The notes below the pieces were generated by a model. That model saw only the letters and a program-made list of their open reading frames with translations. It was not told where the DNA came from and ran no database searches. Below are positions 13,120 through 27,480 of a DNA stretch of 64,000 nt, one piece after another. The position numbers and the translations under genes are program-made. This stretch comes from Felis catus (taxonomy: Eukaryota). How positions within the stretch are numbered: position 1 is the first letter of the stretch; each line of letters begins with the position of its first letter. The DNA lies in assembly GCF_018350175.1 (NCBI RefSeq), contig NC_058368.1, positions 82,524,001 through 82,588,000 on the forward strand, read 5' to 3'.

Positions 13120-15159
13120 AGAAGACATGGCTGATCCCTGAACCTGCTGCTCCCTATGATACGTATCTGGCAAGAAGAGAAGAATCACTAAAAAGAGAGA
13201 CATGATTTTTTTCTCCAAAGTAGACCCTCTGGGGCATATGTCATACGGAGGAATATTAATGCTTATGTGTCTGCTGGTCTCACCTCCCTTCCCTCTTCTA
13301 AGAAAGCTCCTGAGATTATCAGGGCTCTGGGCGTACGGGGCAACCAGTGACACCTTAATCCGAAGGGCTCAGCCAATGGCCGTCCACCAGGCAGAGGCCT
13401 GGGGGCTGAGGAGTGTTGCCTCAGAGCTGAGTGGGGTCTGAGGTCAGAAAAGTGGGGCCTCCAGAGGTTTAGCAACAAAGGGAATAGAACATTTCCTTTG
13501 GTTCTGCTCTTCAGCTGAGATGTGAACATCGTCAAATACTTGCAGATTATTTTGGGGGTGTGAGACAGCCCCTTGGGGTGCAGTGGGAGTCGGGCCTCAG
13601 CCACCTCCTCTGGGAAGTAGGAAGTCGCATAAAAGGCACTGAGCTGCCTGGGGAGGGGAGACCCTCTTAACCGGTGTTGATCCTGTGATGGGGGTCAGAG
13701 GCCTGACTTGGCCTTACAGCCTGGCTGTACCCACCCTGCTGACTTTATCCCTTGGAGAAAGCCCGCCTCTCAGGGGCAGCCCCCCACTTCCTCTCTGGAC
13801 ACACCCTCCCTGGAGCACCAGCTCGGTGGAGGGACGGCCGGCGGGCAGGAGGGGTGGCAAGGCAGGCCTGGGCTCTGGAGTCCGGGGCGGGCATCGTGGA
13901 CACAGCAGCGTGAGCCGGGCAGCTCCTGTGGTGGGTCCCATGCTGGTGGCCGGTGGCTAGATTCCTGCTGTCCCCTCCTACAACAAGCTGGTCCTGGGGC
14001 CGGCTTGGACCTCTCATCTGCAGACTTAGTCCGGCCGCCCCTCGCTTGGAGCATTGGGCTAGCTGGCCTGTGTCCTGCGTCCGTGGCATCTCAGTACCTG
14101 TGGGTTCGGGCGGCACCTGCTTCATTGCCCTTGCTCCCTGCAGGTGTACGGAGGTGTGTCCTGGGCACCTGGCAGGGCCACCTCTTCTGGTCTCAGTTTA
14201 CCACGTGGACAGTGGGACCGGAGCAGCCCTTCCCAATGCTCTCCGTCCTGCGGGCTCCAGCGAGGCTAAGCCCCGCTGCTGAGTGGTGTCCAAGGCCACC
14301 TGGGAGCCACGTGGGGATCTGCCATTCATGCTGTTCGGGGAAACCCTATGGTGCTGGCAGGAACATCCAGAAATAGCGGGCACCGAGCCTGTGTTCTCCT
14401 GCAGCTGCCCCGTAGTGGTGGCATTATCAGGACACGTCTACTTGCTTCTTTGGGGAATTTTGCTCCTCTCGAGTGAGCCTCAAGTGAGACAGGGTCGCCG
14501 TGTTCAGAGGCTTTGGGGGACAGAGGGTAAGAGCCCAGCGGTGGCTCTGTGCTGCTGGCCGGCACCCCTTCCCCCAAAACAACACCTCTTTGGATGTTTA
14601 CACTGAGAGAACAAATATTTTTACACCCCTACCTCTCAAAATCATCCATAGGTCTTGAACAAACAAACCACATTTCCTGCTTACTGGGTTTCATTTCCAG
14701 AGTCCTGACCTCAAAAAGGGCCGCTTGCTGGGTGACCTTCCCAGGAGAAGCAGAACTCCTGGGGGCCCTGCAAATGACTGAACCAGTCCCCTCATCTCAG
14801 CTGGCTCAGGGCCCTGCTCCTCTGGGGAGAGGACCACGAGACACCTACCCACTGGGGAGCCCAAGTGGCTAACATCAAGGAGCGTCCATGCAAGCACTAG
14901 GTATTCCGCACCCCCGCCCCCGCCCCGCCCACGACCGAGTGTTGAGGGATATCCTAGGTGGCAAGAACCGGCACGTGTAACGTTACCTAGCTGGCCCGTG
15001 TCCTGTCTGCCAGCCCTGTGGGCTCACGGCTGACCTGGCCCGGGAGGCCCCCAGGTTCCCCGAGAGGGACTGACCCCCACGCTTCCCATGGCCACGGCCC
15101 TCCTGACCTCCTGACCTCAGCAGAGCTCACCGCGGTCCACTCAGTGGGCCCTGCCCTCA

Positions 15160-15603
<444 letters not shown>

Positions 15604-15867
15604 TCAGAGGTCAGCCCCACCCCCACCTGCAAAGGAGGCTGAGGCCCCTCCTTGTGGATGCGGCAGCACTTGTGGTGCTGGGGCCTTTGGACGATTTCCT
15701 CGTATTGAGCATCTTTGTCCTGTCAGGGACATGTCATTGTGGACCAAACTCAGGCAAAGGGACCAGGGGCTCGGAGGGGAGGGGACATGCTGACAAACCC
15801 GGTTCTGCACCCCCCCACCCCCTGCCACTGTCAGTCCGCTCGTGTGGCTGTGGAGAACAGCAGGCGA

Positions 15868-16105
15868 CCAGGACAAATAACACTTGTCCCTCACAGTCTG
15901 GGTGAGGACCCGGGACAGATGACACTTGTCCCTTACTGTCTGAGGACCCAGGATGGATGACACTTGTCCTCACAGTCCGGGTGAGGACCTGGGATGGATG
16001 ATACTTGTCCCTCACCATCTGAGGACCTGGGACGAATGACAGTTGTCCCTCACTGTCCGAGGACCCGGGACGGATGACACTTGTCCCTCACAGTCCAGGC
16101 GAGGA
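15868..16105. repeat. Minisatellite, about 36-40-bp unit, ~6 copies
   Basis: Repeated gaggacccgggacagatgacacttgtccctcacagtc. Confidence 0.9.
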
Positions 16106-16188
16106 GACTGCTCCCCTGGGACTGCTCTCCCGGCCTGCGTGCCGCCTCCCGTCCCTTACTTGTCTCTCTGCATGTCTGTGTCCTAATC

Positions 16189-17163
16189 TGTTTTTCTTCT
16201 TTTGAGTCTAGTTGACACACATTACATCCGTTTCAGGAGTACAACATAGTGACCCGACTTCTTCCTGCCATGCTCCCCGCACACGTCGTCCACTGTCATT
16301 GGCTCTATTCTGTTTCATCCTGGACTTGTCCACTCGGTAGCTGCAGGCCTGCACCTCCCCTGGCAGCCTAGTTTGTTCTTTGTATTTAGGGGTCTGAGTC
16401 TGCTTAAATGTTTATTATTATTATTATTATTTTTTTGACAGAGTGCAAGCACGAGCAGCGGAGGGGCAGAGAGAGGGAGACACAGAATCCGAAGCAGGCT
16501 CCAGGCTCTGAGCTGTCAGCACAGAGCCCGACGCGGGGCCTGAACCCACAAACCGTGAGATCATGACCTGAACCAAAATCTGACACTTAACTGACTGAGT
16601 CACCCAGGCGCCCCAGATTCTTTTTTTTTATTCATTTGGTTATTTTAGATTCCACTTATGAATGAAATCATATGGTATTTGTCTTTCTCTGACTTATTTC
16701 ACTGAGCGTAATATACTCTAGGCCCACCCATGCCATCACATATGGGATATCTTTCTATGGCCGATACTCCGTCCTGTACAGACACATATGTATCCATTCA
16801 TCTGTGACAGACACTTGGGCTGCATCCGCATCTTTGCTATTATAGATAATGTAACCATCAGAGTGTGTGCGTCCCTTTGAGTATTTTTCAACTCTTTGGG
16901 TAAATAGTGCAATTGCTGGGTTGTATGATGGTTTTATTTTTAATTTTTTGAGGAACCTCCACACTTTTCCAGAGCAGATGCACCAGTTTGCATTCCTACA
17001 AACAGTGCAAAAGAGATCCTTTCTCTCTGCATCCTTGCCAACATCTATTGTTGCCTGAGTTGTTAGCCATTCTGACAGGTGTGAGGTGGTATCTCATGGT
17101 GGTTTTGATTTGTATTTCCCTGATGATGAGTGATGTTGAGCATCTTTTCAATGTGTCTGTTGG
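16189..17163 (-). mobile_element. 5'-truncated LINE-1 (ORF2 end plus 3'UTR)
   Basis: Peptides [24 protein letters not shown] and WRFLKKLKI; flanked by the 13-bp direct repeat ctgtgtcctaatc. Confidence 0.9.
16404..16614 (-). mobile_element. CAN-SINE nested in the L1
   Basis: Reverse-complement SINE head ending caggcgcccc. Confidence 0.92.
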
Positions 17164-18615
17164 CTGTGTCCTAATCATACGGGATTAGGGCCCACCCTTG
17201 TGACTTCATATAACCTTAATTACCCCTTTAAATGAAGAGCCAATCTCCAAATACAGTCACAGGGTGAAGTACTGGTGGTATGAGTTTTTGGGGGGGACAC
17301 AATTCAGCCCATAACACAGCTTGACAGAGGACATCTGGTGTCATCCGAGCACATGCTTATCTGCAAACTTCCAAGGCCACGGGGACAAATCACAGTATGT
17401 GCTTCCCCTGAGCAACCAGTTGATCATAAATATTCAGAATGGGGCAAATGGTACTCCCTGGCTCCACATGCACTTCTACCTTGTCCGAAACTCTTCAGAG
17501 CATCTCCGCTGACAGGAGGGCTCAGGTCACCCAGCCGAGGGGCCGGTGCAGGTGCTGGTGTGGGGCCTAGATTCCCCAGTGCAGAGGGCTAGTCTTGGAG
17601 AGGCCAAGGGACCAAAGCCAGGATGGTGGGTCGCTTAGGTTATCTGGAGGAAGAGCAAGATTGAGGCCCCTGAAAGCCACTGTGACCTGTCACTAGGGGT
17701 CCTGGGAGAGGACCTTCTGGTTCCCGTGCTCCCCAGGCTTTCCTCCTTTCCGCCCTCCTGGTTCCCTGGGTCCCACATGTGTCTGAATCAGCCAGGAGCC
17801 GCCCTGTGGCCCTGTTGTGGCCCTGCCGTGGCTGCTCGTGTCCATCCTGACTGATGCTGGCAGCCTCCGACCCGGCGGCCTCATGGGCAGGCGTTCCTCT
17901 CTGCACCCCTGACCCCTGGCACCACCCCACCACACTGAGCCACCAGGAGGGGCCGGAGGGAAGCAGTAATGGCACTTCACTCCCCAAGTCCATGCACCCA
18001 GGGAAGGGCTGACCCCCCACCCCCCCAGCGGGTGTCCCCAGAGCCAGACCATCGGCTTCTTTCATAACAGCCGACTCAGGCTGGAACTAAAACAGCAGCT
18101 GAGTGAAAACCGAACGGAAAGAAGAAAGGACCAGGGAAAAGAGAAGGTCTGCTCTTGCCCTGCAGGCAGGGTCTCCCCCAAATGCAATGCAGCCTCCCCT
18201 CCTCCACCCACCCAGGTGGGACTGGGTCCTCAGCACCTTCCGCCTCCCGGAGGCACCCGCCCCTCCCTTAGATGCTGGCCTGTGTCCGGTCCTGGAGCAT
18301 GAGGCCCACTGAGTCTCACAGACCGTGGCACAAGACAGAGCCCACCTTCCCCTCCTGGGGCTGGATGCCTGCAGGTTCCCAGCAGGACATGGGCCATGGC
18401 AGTCGCCGTGTTGACCCACATGTCTCCATCCCGGAGAGCATGCAGTTTCCAGCTTGATCTAAAGGCCCACAGCTGCACCTCACCTATCACAGGGACGTCA
18501 CCCACCATCACAGAATGACACAGGGCTCGACCACACCCCCCCAGCTCCCACGTGCAGTTGTCAGTGGGTGCGCCTGGGAGACCAAGCCAGTCCTCAGAAA
18601 GAATAAAAGGTCTGT

Positions 18616-18621
18616 TTTAAT
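18616..18621 (-). terminator. Probable RASA3 polyadenylation signal ATTAAA (3'UTR about 1.3 kb)
   Basis: tttaat on + at the end of an AT-rich block, followed on the minus strand by a U-rich tract. Confidence 0.55.
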
Positions 18622-19926
18622 TGGCCAGTAAAATACATTGCAAATCATTAGTATCTTATAAACAGAAACATTAAGTTACAAATCCATGTTAAAAATTGCA
18701 GTTCTGTGCAGCCTCATAGCTGTGTGTCCCAAAGTTTTTGCAACATTTTCCTCCACCATTTTTGTGACAAGTAATGCTACTATCTGCCATCAGTCAGAGT
18801 CTGAAGGACAGTATTTGCAAAGAAGGGCAGATACGGGCACAAGGTCTACGTGTCAGACAGTGCTTTCCAAGTGTTGAGGGCTAACTGCTCCTCATCAGGG
18901 GCCCCGACCCCTAAGAGATGCCCCTCCACTGCCTGGCGGCTTCTAGGAGCTTCTGAGACACAGCAAATTGCTGCTCCTGGGGCCTGGGGTGGGGGTGGGG
19001 GTGTCCCGGCTCAAGCTCAGGACATCCTCACTTCCCCTGGGGACTGCAGAGGGCCTGGGACTGGCATCTGGGGAGTGCACTGCGGGCCCGCTGTCGCTCC
19101 GCCGTGGCGCCCTCCCCTTTGATGAGCACAGGTTTACATGTTTGAGGTACTTGATATCAAAGAGCTCATTAGAAGCAGTCCTTTAAAAACATTAAGAAAA
19201 CCAGCTTGAAAATAATGTACATTTCTTATCTTAAAAACCTTCCCCAAACTCCCACAAGGGGCAGCCAGTGTGGATTCTACTTTGAAGCCCCACAGACGGC
19301 AAAACAACCACAGCTTTTGCTTGAAGGGGCACGCTCAGCCTGCCGCTGGTTCCGGCAGCGTCTGCAGGCCACGGACTGGCCTCTGCGGCCCACGGGACGG
19401 GACTCCAGCATCTGGGAGGGCAGACTGGAAACCCCGCCCAGGTGCTCTCTGCAGGACCCTGTACCTCCAAAACATCAGGAGCATCCTCAAATTGTGACTT
19501 CGTGCAGTTAAGCACCACGAAGCCACAAAGTGGGCCTTCCAGCCAGGAAGAACACCACCAGGAGGCACGCTCACGGGAAACAAATCACGCCACTAGCATC
19601 CCGTCTTGTGGAAGCAGGATGTTAAGGAAGAGTGCCGGAGGGCTCCGGGGGCGCGGGCACACAGAACCCCACAAAGGCGAAAGCACACAGACACAAGCAG
19701 TGCTACGGGGCGCCGGCCAGCAGGGTGAGCAAAATGCACAGCCACCACAGGCAGAGTCCCCGCGGTCCCCCGAGCCCGGTGCGTGCCATCTGTGTGAGCT
19801 GAAGACGTGTGGGTCCCTTTCCCTGCTGGCTGCGGCCTCTCGTCTTTCCTCTGTCCCCTCCTTCCCGGAGACCGTGGCTCTCCTGGGGCAGCACAGGGCC
19901 ATCCCGGCCAGGAGAGCCTGCAGGCT

Positions 19927-20002
19927 TCAAATGGAATGGGTGGAGGTCTCAGATTGCTGCCTGACGTAGTTCTGGAAGCTCTTGTCTCCGATGGGGTGCT
20001 CC
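19927..20002 (-). CDS. RASA3: RASA3 last coding exon ([24 protein letters not shown], stop)
   Basis: cag acceptor; TGA stop at 19929-19927. Confidence 0.95.
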
Positions 20003-20130
20003 CTGCAAAGGGGAGATGGAGGAGAGGAGGGAGTGAGGCACAGCCCCCCATTGTCAATTGCCCATCTGCATGTTTTAATACTGTTTTTTCTGTGTGGTAC
20101 ATATTCACTGTAATAAAATGAAAAATACAG

Positions 20131-20162
<32 letters not shown>

Positions 20163-20264
20163 CCAGAAATCACCTGTAGAAGCGTAGGTGTAACCTGGAG
20201 ACAGACAAAATGTGTGGAACTTCTGGCTCCAGAAATCTAATTTCGGAAGCAAGTGGGTTGGGAA

Positions 20265-20980
20265 GCAGGAGGGTCTGGGGGTCAAGAGGTCAGGAGGGTC
20301 TGGAGGGTCTGGGGGCAGGAGGGTCTGGGGGACAGGATGGTCAGGAGGTCTGGGGGTCAGGAGGGTCTGGGGGAAGGAGGGTCCAGAGGGTCTGGGGGGC
20401 AGGAGGGTCAGGAGGTGTAGGGGGCAGGAGGGTCTGGAGGGAGGAGGGAGGAGGGTGTGGGGGGCAGGGGGTCTGGGGAACAGGAAAGTCTGGGGCGTAG
20501 GAAGGTCTAGGGGGCTGGGGGGCAGGAGGTTCAGGAGGGTCCAGGGGACAGGAGGGTCAGGAGTGTCCAGGGGACAGAGAGTCAGGAGTGTCCAGGGGAC
20601 AGGAAGGTCTGGGGGGCAGGAGGGTCAGGAGAGTCTGGGGGAAAGGAAGGTATGGGGGACAGGAGGGTCTGGGGGGCTGGAAGGAGGGGGGTATGGGGTA
20701 CAGGAGGTCTGGGGGACAGGAAGGCCCTGGGGGCAGGAGGGTCTGGGGCACAGGAGAGTCAGGAGGCTCTGGGGGACAGGAAGGTCCAGGGGGCAGGAGG
20801 GTCAGGAGGGTCAGGAGGGCCTGGGGGACAGGAAGGTCCAGGGGGCAGGAGGGTCTGGAGGGTCTGGGGGACCTGAGGGTCAGGAGGGTCTGGGGGACCG
20901 GAAGGTCCAGGGGACAGGAGGGGCTGGGGGCTGAGGGGCTGGAGGGAGGGAGGAAGGTGTGGGGGGCAGGGGGTCTGGGA
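20265..20980. repeat. G-rich tandem repeat (caggagggtctggggg variants) in RASA3 intron 23
   Basis: Direct reading. Confidence 0.9.
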
Positions 20981-21175
20981 GGCACTGGGGTAGGCTGGTG
21001 CTGTCCCCAGGACACTGTCCAGCACACCCTGGAGAGTGCAGTAAGGCTGCTCTGAGACGGGAAACCTGCCTCAGTGGTCATGGCTGCATACAGGAGGCTT
21101 CAGGTCGGGCCTCACCGCAGCAAGCTCCTCTCAGCCACCTCCCCTGCCCCTGCCATCCGGATGCCCAGTACTCAC

Positions 21176-21359
21176 TGGCTCCCATACTTGGTCTTTTTGA
21201 ACTTGTCCCTTCGGTACTGGGCGTGCTCCTGTTCCAGGGCCCCCACCCCAGTGATAACCTGCTTCAGAGTCTTGTAGGTCTCCTGGGGGTCGTCGATGAT
21301 GAACGTGGAGTACTCCTCCTGCTCGGGGCCGTCGTACACAGATCTGCTGCCACAGGCCT
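21176..21359 (-). CDS. RASA3: RASA3 exon 23 ([15 protein letters not shown]...KKTKYGSQ)
   Basis: AG/GT boundaries, 184 nt. Confidence 0.95.
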
Positions 21360-21446
21360 CTGCAGCGTTGGGAGAGGCCAGAAGGTCAGGCAGGACCTCT
21401 ATGGGGCAGCCTGCCAGGTAAGGGCTGACCATCCCCCCCCCCCCCA

Positions 21447-21447
<1 letters not shown>

Positions 21448-21486
<39 letters not shown>
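21448..21486. repeat. (CA)n microsatellite
   Basis: Direct reading. Confidence 0.95.
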
Positions 21487-21488
<2 letters not shown>

Positions 21489-23794
21489 AGAAGCAGAGGC
21501 TGATGCCGGTTTCTGACCAGCTCATCTCCGGGGCAACCCGCATCTGTCCACGCCCCACTGTTCAGCAAACCAGAGCTGGCAGATGTATGCTTCTGGACAA
21601 TCGGCCAGGCTGGCGCAAGGGCCTGTGGGGTCACCCGGGGTCAGTTTGGGGAGGTGACCTCAAGGAAAGCCCCATCTTAGAAAGGGGGTTCCTGGGTTTC
21701 ACTCACTTCGGTGACCCAGCATTTACGTGCATACCCCATGGCTGGACACGTGGGCACATGAGAAGCCATCCTCACGGGCGTCACTTCTCAACCAGTCTGT
21801 GTTAGCAGGTTCCTAGGACCTCTGTCACCCCCACCTGCTAGACAGGTGACTTTCTCATCAGATCACCTCACTCCTGCTGAAGACCATGCTGTGGCCTTCA
21901 GGCATCCACAGGAAGCACCCAATCACCTGAGCTGGGCCCGCCCCCCCCCCAAACCTGTCCTCAGTCACCTGAGCTGGACCCACCCCCCAAAACCTGTCCC
22001 CAGTCACCTAAGCTGGGCCTTACATTCCAGGGCCACAGAGGCAGGTTGGAAGACATGCCATCTGTATAGCATCTGGCCTAGATGAGCCTGGATCTGTGGA
22101 CCCCTCACCCGTCTGTACTGCTGTCTCATTATCACAGAAGCTCTTATGTACACTTTACTGTCTTTACTTCCAACCCAGGAAAGATCCCCTAATTCTTACT
22201 GGGAAATCACAAGTTTGTAGAAAGGAAAATTGGGAAGATTTAAAGTTTCAAAGGAAAAGAGAATCTGACGTGAAGAAGATAAGTAACTGTAAACATGAGA
22301 GGAAAATGGGGGGGAGAGCCTGGTGGATGCCCAGGGTGTGGAGTGTGAGTTCAGCCTTTCCCTTTTTATGTAAAATGTGGGGTTATGGTCTCCAGAGCCA
22401 GACTAGCTGGATCCCCTCCCCAAAGCCCCCACTTGTGGTAGCAACCTGGCCTTGAGCAGTTGACTTAAGTCTGAGCCTCAGCAAACCCCTCTGGGAAATG
22501 GGGGCACCGGTGTTCCAAGAGGCCCCTGCCTGGGGCCTGGCAGTATGTGTGAACTGTGGCTGTTATAAAGACAGAGGGACACAGAAGAGGGTCACAGCCG
22601 GCATGGACAGGTCAAAGAGGACACCCCCTGAATAAGCACATGTCTGTGATCAGAACGCAACCAGAAACAAAGACTCCCACTGCCAGGGCGATGCTGGTGG
22701 AGTCGGGCAGACACCTTCAGAATGCAAGGATCTGCAGCTACCTGCATCCTGCGGGGCCCCGGAGCGGAGGGAGGAAGGCAGCGGCGGTGGCTGGGGGAAG
22801 GACATGGGCGGCCGGGGCCAGGCTCACCTCACACCTGTGCTAACTGCCTCACAGGGGTTGTTTCATCGGACCCCGGATTAACCCAGGCGGGACAGCACCG
22901 TCTCCACCCCGTTCCATGGAAGAGGACATCAGGGCTCGTCTCTGGATGGAGGCCTGGGAATCCTGGACAAACCCAACGCAGGGCACTGAGGACTGTAGCC
23001 TACATGGGCCAGGGCTGGCAGCGACTGAGAGGCCAGACCCAGGAGGAGGCCTGAGGCCTGACGACAGGCAGGTGAAGTGTGGGCTCGAGGCTGTGTGAGT
23101 CCTCCCGCTTAACCTTCCCAACACCCTGACGGAGGGGCAGGAGGGGCACTCGTGCCTACTCTGCAGAGGAAGAAGCCGGCTGCTATCCCAGGATGCACCA
23201 CAAGAGCAGTGACCTGCTGTCACCTTGAAAACCTCATCTGTACCATTCTCTGTCCAGTGGCCCAAGCCCTGCGATGGCTCTTCAACCAGGACCCCACCAG
23301 GCCCCGCGCTAACCCTTCCCTGCCTGATGCACTGGGTTTTGTGGTTGGCAGACTTCAGGGGGCAGGGTTAAAGAACCAGGGGTGCCCAAAGGAGTGTGGC
23401 CAGGTGAGTCCATGCCACATGACGGGGGCAGAGGTCGAACCTCTCGCACAGGCAACTGTAACACAGCTTCCTCCGAGGGCCAAAAGCCTGCTGTGCCCAA
23501 GAGGCAAGGACTGACGACATCAGGTGGAAATAAGTCCCATGGTCCCAGTGCTCAAAAAGATGGTTTGACTAATATAAAGGGAGTATCTCAAGATGATTAG
23601 GTTGCTCTGACAACAATCTGCCTCAAAGAAGCACTGAGACTCCAGGCAGAGGCCTGAAGACTGAGAAGTGAGTCAATGCTACAATGCCTAGGTGAAGTGT
23701 AAGGTGTCCAATCATGGTGATGCTCTATGAACACCTATCCAGATGATTCCTATACCAGGAGGGAGGCTGAATGTGCAAGACCTCTTTCCATTAC

Positions 23795-24235
23795 TGTCCA
23801 TCTACCATCCATCTATCCATCCATCATTCAGCCATCCAACACCCATCCAACCATCATCCATCCATCATCCTTCCATCCATCATTCACCCACCTATCATCT
23901 ATCCATCCATCCATCATCCATCTATGCATCCATCATTCACCCATCCAACACCCATCCATCCATCATCCAGAAAACAGGTATTCACCATCTATCCATCCAT
24001 CATTCACCCATCCAACACCCATTCATCTATCATCCATCCATCCATCCATCCATCATTCACCCACCTATCATCTATCCATCTATCCATCCATCATCCATCC
24101 ACCTACCGTCTATCCATCCATCCATCCTTCACCCACCTATTTATCCATCCATCCATCATCCATCCATCCACCCATCATCCATCCACCTATCATGTATGCC
24201 TGTCCATCCATTCATCCAGAAAACAGGTATTCAGT
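23795..24235. repeat. (CCAT)n-derived compound repeat
   Basis: ccat/tcat units, with catccagaaaacaggtattca occurring twice. Confidence 0.9.
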
Positions 24236-24734
24236 TCCTCCTCGATATCGGGCACTGGGGTAAATACGACCTGCTTCTGGTCTTAAAGGGTCAAGTACAT
24301 TGAGGGTGAGCAGATCAGAGCTGATTATCACAGCAATGAGAGATAAACACAGGGTTAGGAAAAGCTTCCCACAGCGGGAGACTCAAGACAAGCAGGTATC
24401 AGTCAGACTAAGGGGGTGGGGGTGGCATCAGGGGCAAAGGCACAGGGGCTTGCAATGGTGCGATGCTGGGTCAAGAGGGAGGCTGTGCGTGTACAGAGGC
24501 CTGGAAGGTGGCTGATCACGCAAGGCTTAGTCAGCCTCCTTCAGGAACCTCACACGATGGCTTCAACCTCTGTAACTCCTTGACCCTACCCTCCTCTGTT
24601 CTGGTCATTCTTCTCGGAGGGCTGGGAAGAAGCTGTCATCCCTTCGCTCCAGTGAGGCCTGGTGTAGCCCCGCGGCCACTTCTGCACGGCCTCCGGGAAC
24701 CTCGGATCCAGGTGCCGTGTGTGCCACTGGGGTA

Positions 24735-24854
24735 GGTGACTATGCACACGTGCACAGTTGTGTGCATGTGCATACACATGCTGTTGTCCATGCACATCTG
24801 CATGCGAGCTTATGTTCTAGTGTGTAGACACGGTTGTCTTACATGGGCATGTGT

Positions 24855-24891
<37 letters not shown>

Positions 24892-24912
24892 GCTGTGTGT
24901 GCACGCACATGT
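24735..24912. repeat. Degenerate and perfect (TG)n tract
   Basis: Direct reading. Confidence 0.8.
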
Positions 24913-25724
24913 GCCCAGAGCTGGGTGCGGAGTGTGATCTGAGGCTGCCAGAGGGGACTGAGCTCACAGACAGGAAGCTCACCACGTGTACCAGACCAGG
25001 ACTCAGTATGGTCCAGGCTGAGGCCACCACTGACACCGCTGGGTTAGAGCAGGAGAAGGAAAAGGGAAACTATCTAATGGGCCTAATTCCAGGTCCACGA
25101 GCTTTACTTCGCATTCGGAGTGGGCTGAAGGGCCCCTTCCCAGAATCCCTGAATGTGGCTCTGAGAACGACCAAACCCCACCCGGGGACAACGCAGCTCA
25201 TCTGCCTCCCAGTGGGCTCTTTTCGTGTCGGCCTCTCCTGAACGACAGCCCCAACCAGTCAGGGGTCACCTAATCTGCCCCACCCGCACTGCTACTCTCT
25301 GTGGGACATTACAGCAGTTACATGTGCAGGATGATCTAGCTGCAAGATATTACGGCTGGAGCTTCCAACATGCACATAAACACGGCCCTCTGCAATCTGG
25401 TTTCGGGGGGGTATGGAAGGTTATTACATGTAGGATCTTCTCAAGAATTTGGCAGTTTGGAGACTGCAAATGAAATTCCATTTTGAAATTATCTACAGAA
25501 TCTGTTGTTAAAGTAATTCTGCCACAGAGCTGCCCAAACTGCAGAAAGTGCTTCCCCTTGGTGCTGAGAACAGTAGCACATGGGCCACGGGGAACACTGC
25601 ACGTGGACCACAGAGGCCCAGAGCACCCATCATCTCTGCAGAAAGCTCCAGGTGTCACTGTCACCGGGACCCAGAGCCACCTGCAACCATGTGAGACAAC
25701 ACCCCAGACCATGTGTTGCCTCAC

Positions 25725-25828
25725 CTTGCATTTTCTCTAGCTTGCTCATGTACAAGTTGAAGAGGGAGTAGATACGCTCTGTCTCTCGGTCCCCATCGAT
25801 GTCCAGCTGGATGTTTGCCGGGAGGCCA
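25725..25828 (-). CDS. RASA3: RASA3 exon 22 ([34 protein letters not shown])
   Basis: AG/GT boundaries, 104 nt. Confidence 0.95.
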
Positions 25829-27480
25829 CTGCCCGAACACAGCAAGACAAGAACAGAAAGAACGATGTGAACTGTAACATTTCTGTTTTTAAAGACGCTG
25901 AAGATGATGGAGTGACCCCACACCGAGCTCCTCCCTGATGGGGCTGCAGAATAGTTCAGGAGCACTGAGAAGTGACCACGCACAGCCCAGAGGACCAGAG
26001 GCCTAAGAGCTGCTGTGACAGCAAGCCAACAAGCTTGTTTTGCTATGGAAAGAAATGATCTGGAATAAAAAGCTGCCCCCCCACCCCACCCCCGCCGCCC
26101 TGTTGCACTTGGGCCACATGCCCTGAAGGGTCGGTCTGCTGCCCCAGGAGGGGCCAGGCCAGGTCCCTGCTCCTCCCTGAGCCTGCCTGCGGTGGCCCCA
26201 GCTCCTGCCCCGGGCGTGGCGGTTTCCCATTCCCCAGACACAGTGCTCAGCCTCTCCTGGGGGGGGGGGGGGGCGGCAGGGATTTTCCCGGGACTCAGCT
26301 TCTTCATCTGTGAACTGGATCTTCCCATTCCCACCTCCGTGAGCTTTGGGGGTATTCCTCATACCCACAACCACAACAGATGAGTCACATGGGGTACCCA
26401 GGCCTTCTCCCAGAGCTGGCAGAGGGGAGCCTCTCAGGACCCTCAGGAGGCCTGGGAGATAAGGGCTGATCTGGTTTCCAAAGCAGGGGGGTGTGCAGAT
26501 AGATGACAGGTGCACAAACCAAAGCGGGTGTGAGCAGGTGGTGGGAAATGTCCAGTCTCTTCTTAGCAGAAGCCCAACAGCACTCTGCCCCTGGGAGTTT
26601 CCCCTCAGCATGGAACCCCTTCCTTCACTGCCACCCACCCCCAAGGATCACTAGGACCCCGGGCAGAGACAGGAGGAGAGTCAACAGTCTACAGAGCCCT
26701 CGTGAGGATGCACTGTCCCGTGTGGACTCCTCAACAATTGCAAGAACAGCCTAGGAGATTCAGCTACGTGTGTGCAGCTAGGCGGCAGCTGGATCTGCCC
26801 CCAATTCAGCCCCTTGGCCAAACTTCCCTGTACAGTGCACAAGCTGAACAACTGTGCTTGGCCACCCTGGGTGGCTGTGAGACAGGGGAAATGAAAGGAC
26901 TCCGTGAAAATATAGCCATTTTTTCCCTTTGCTCCTTTTCCAGCTTCTATTCTTGCTAGGGCCTGTGCGCCTGCCCCACTCTACACCTGCCTTGTAACAC
27001 GCATAGCATACGTCCTCCTTGTGAGGGACTGGGAAGTAATGCTGTCTTTGGAGTCTTCCAGCACAACAGGTGACAGCTAAGGAGAGACCCACTGGGGTTG
27101 TTGTAAATGTTCTCTAAGACCACTGACTCCAAACACCTTGATGCCAAGACCCCGGCTTGAGGGAATAAGTGACTTATGACACCTGGACCCTGTCCTTGCA
27201 CTGACCAGTTCCTGGACCCTGAGGGGACATGTGCACCAGACCACAATTGTCAATAAAAACCCCAGGCCCCAAGCGAAGAGGAGACTCCTGCTCTGTTCCT
27301 CAACCTCCTGGGCGCTCTGTCCGTCTTTCTCTCTGGTCAACAAACTGTATTTTCACTTCCTGCAGGTTCACGTTTGATTTCCATCCTGCATGAAGCCCAG
27401 GGCCTTCGCGGCTGGCCCGTGGGACCCGGGCTGCCGGCATCAGCGGGAGGGTCCCAGGGGCTGGAGAGGCACAGACCTAC

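Larger units (their letters stand above)
15829..17316 (-). mobile_element. MaLR MLT1-type LTR split by an L1 insertion (arms about 15829-16188 and 17164-17316)
   Basis: Minus strand begins tgttatgggctgaattgtgtcccccc, includes tgtgactgtatttggagat, and resumes with gattaggacacagac after the L1. Confidence 0.7.

Noticed and set aside
20212..21081. Gly/Pro-rich, collagen-like ORFs
   Set aside because: They are translations of a G-rich tandem repeat that is open in several frames on both strands.
23727..24303. His/Pro/Ser/Ile-rich ORFs in three frames
   Set aside because: (CCAT)n microsatellite artefact.
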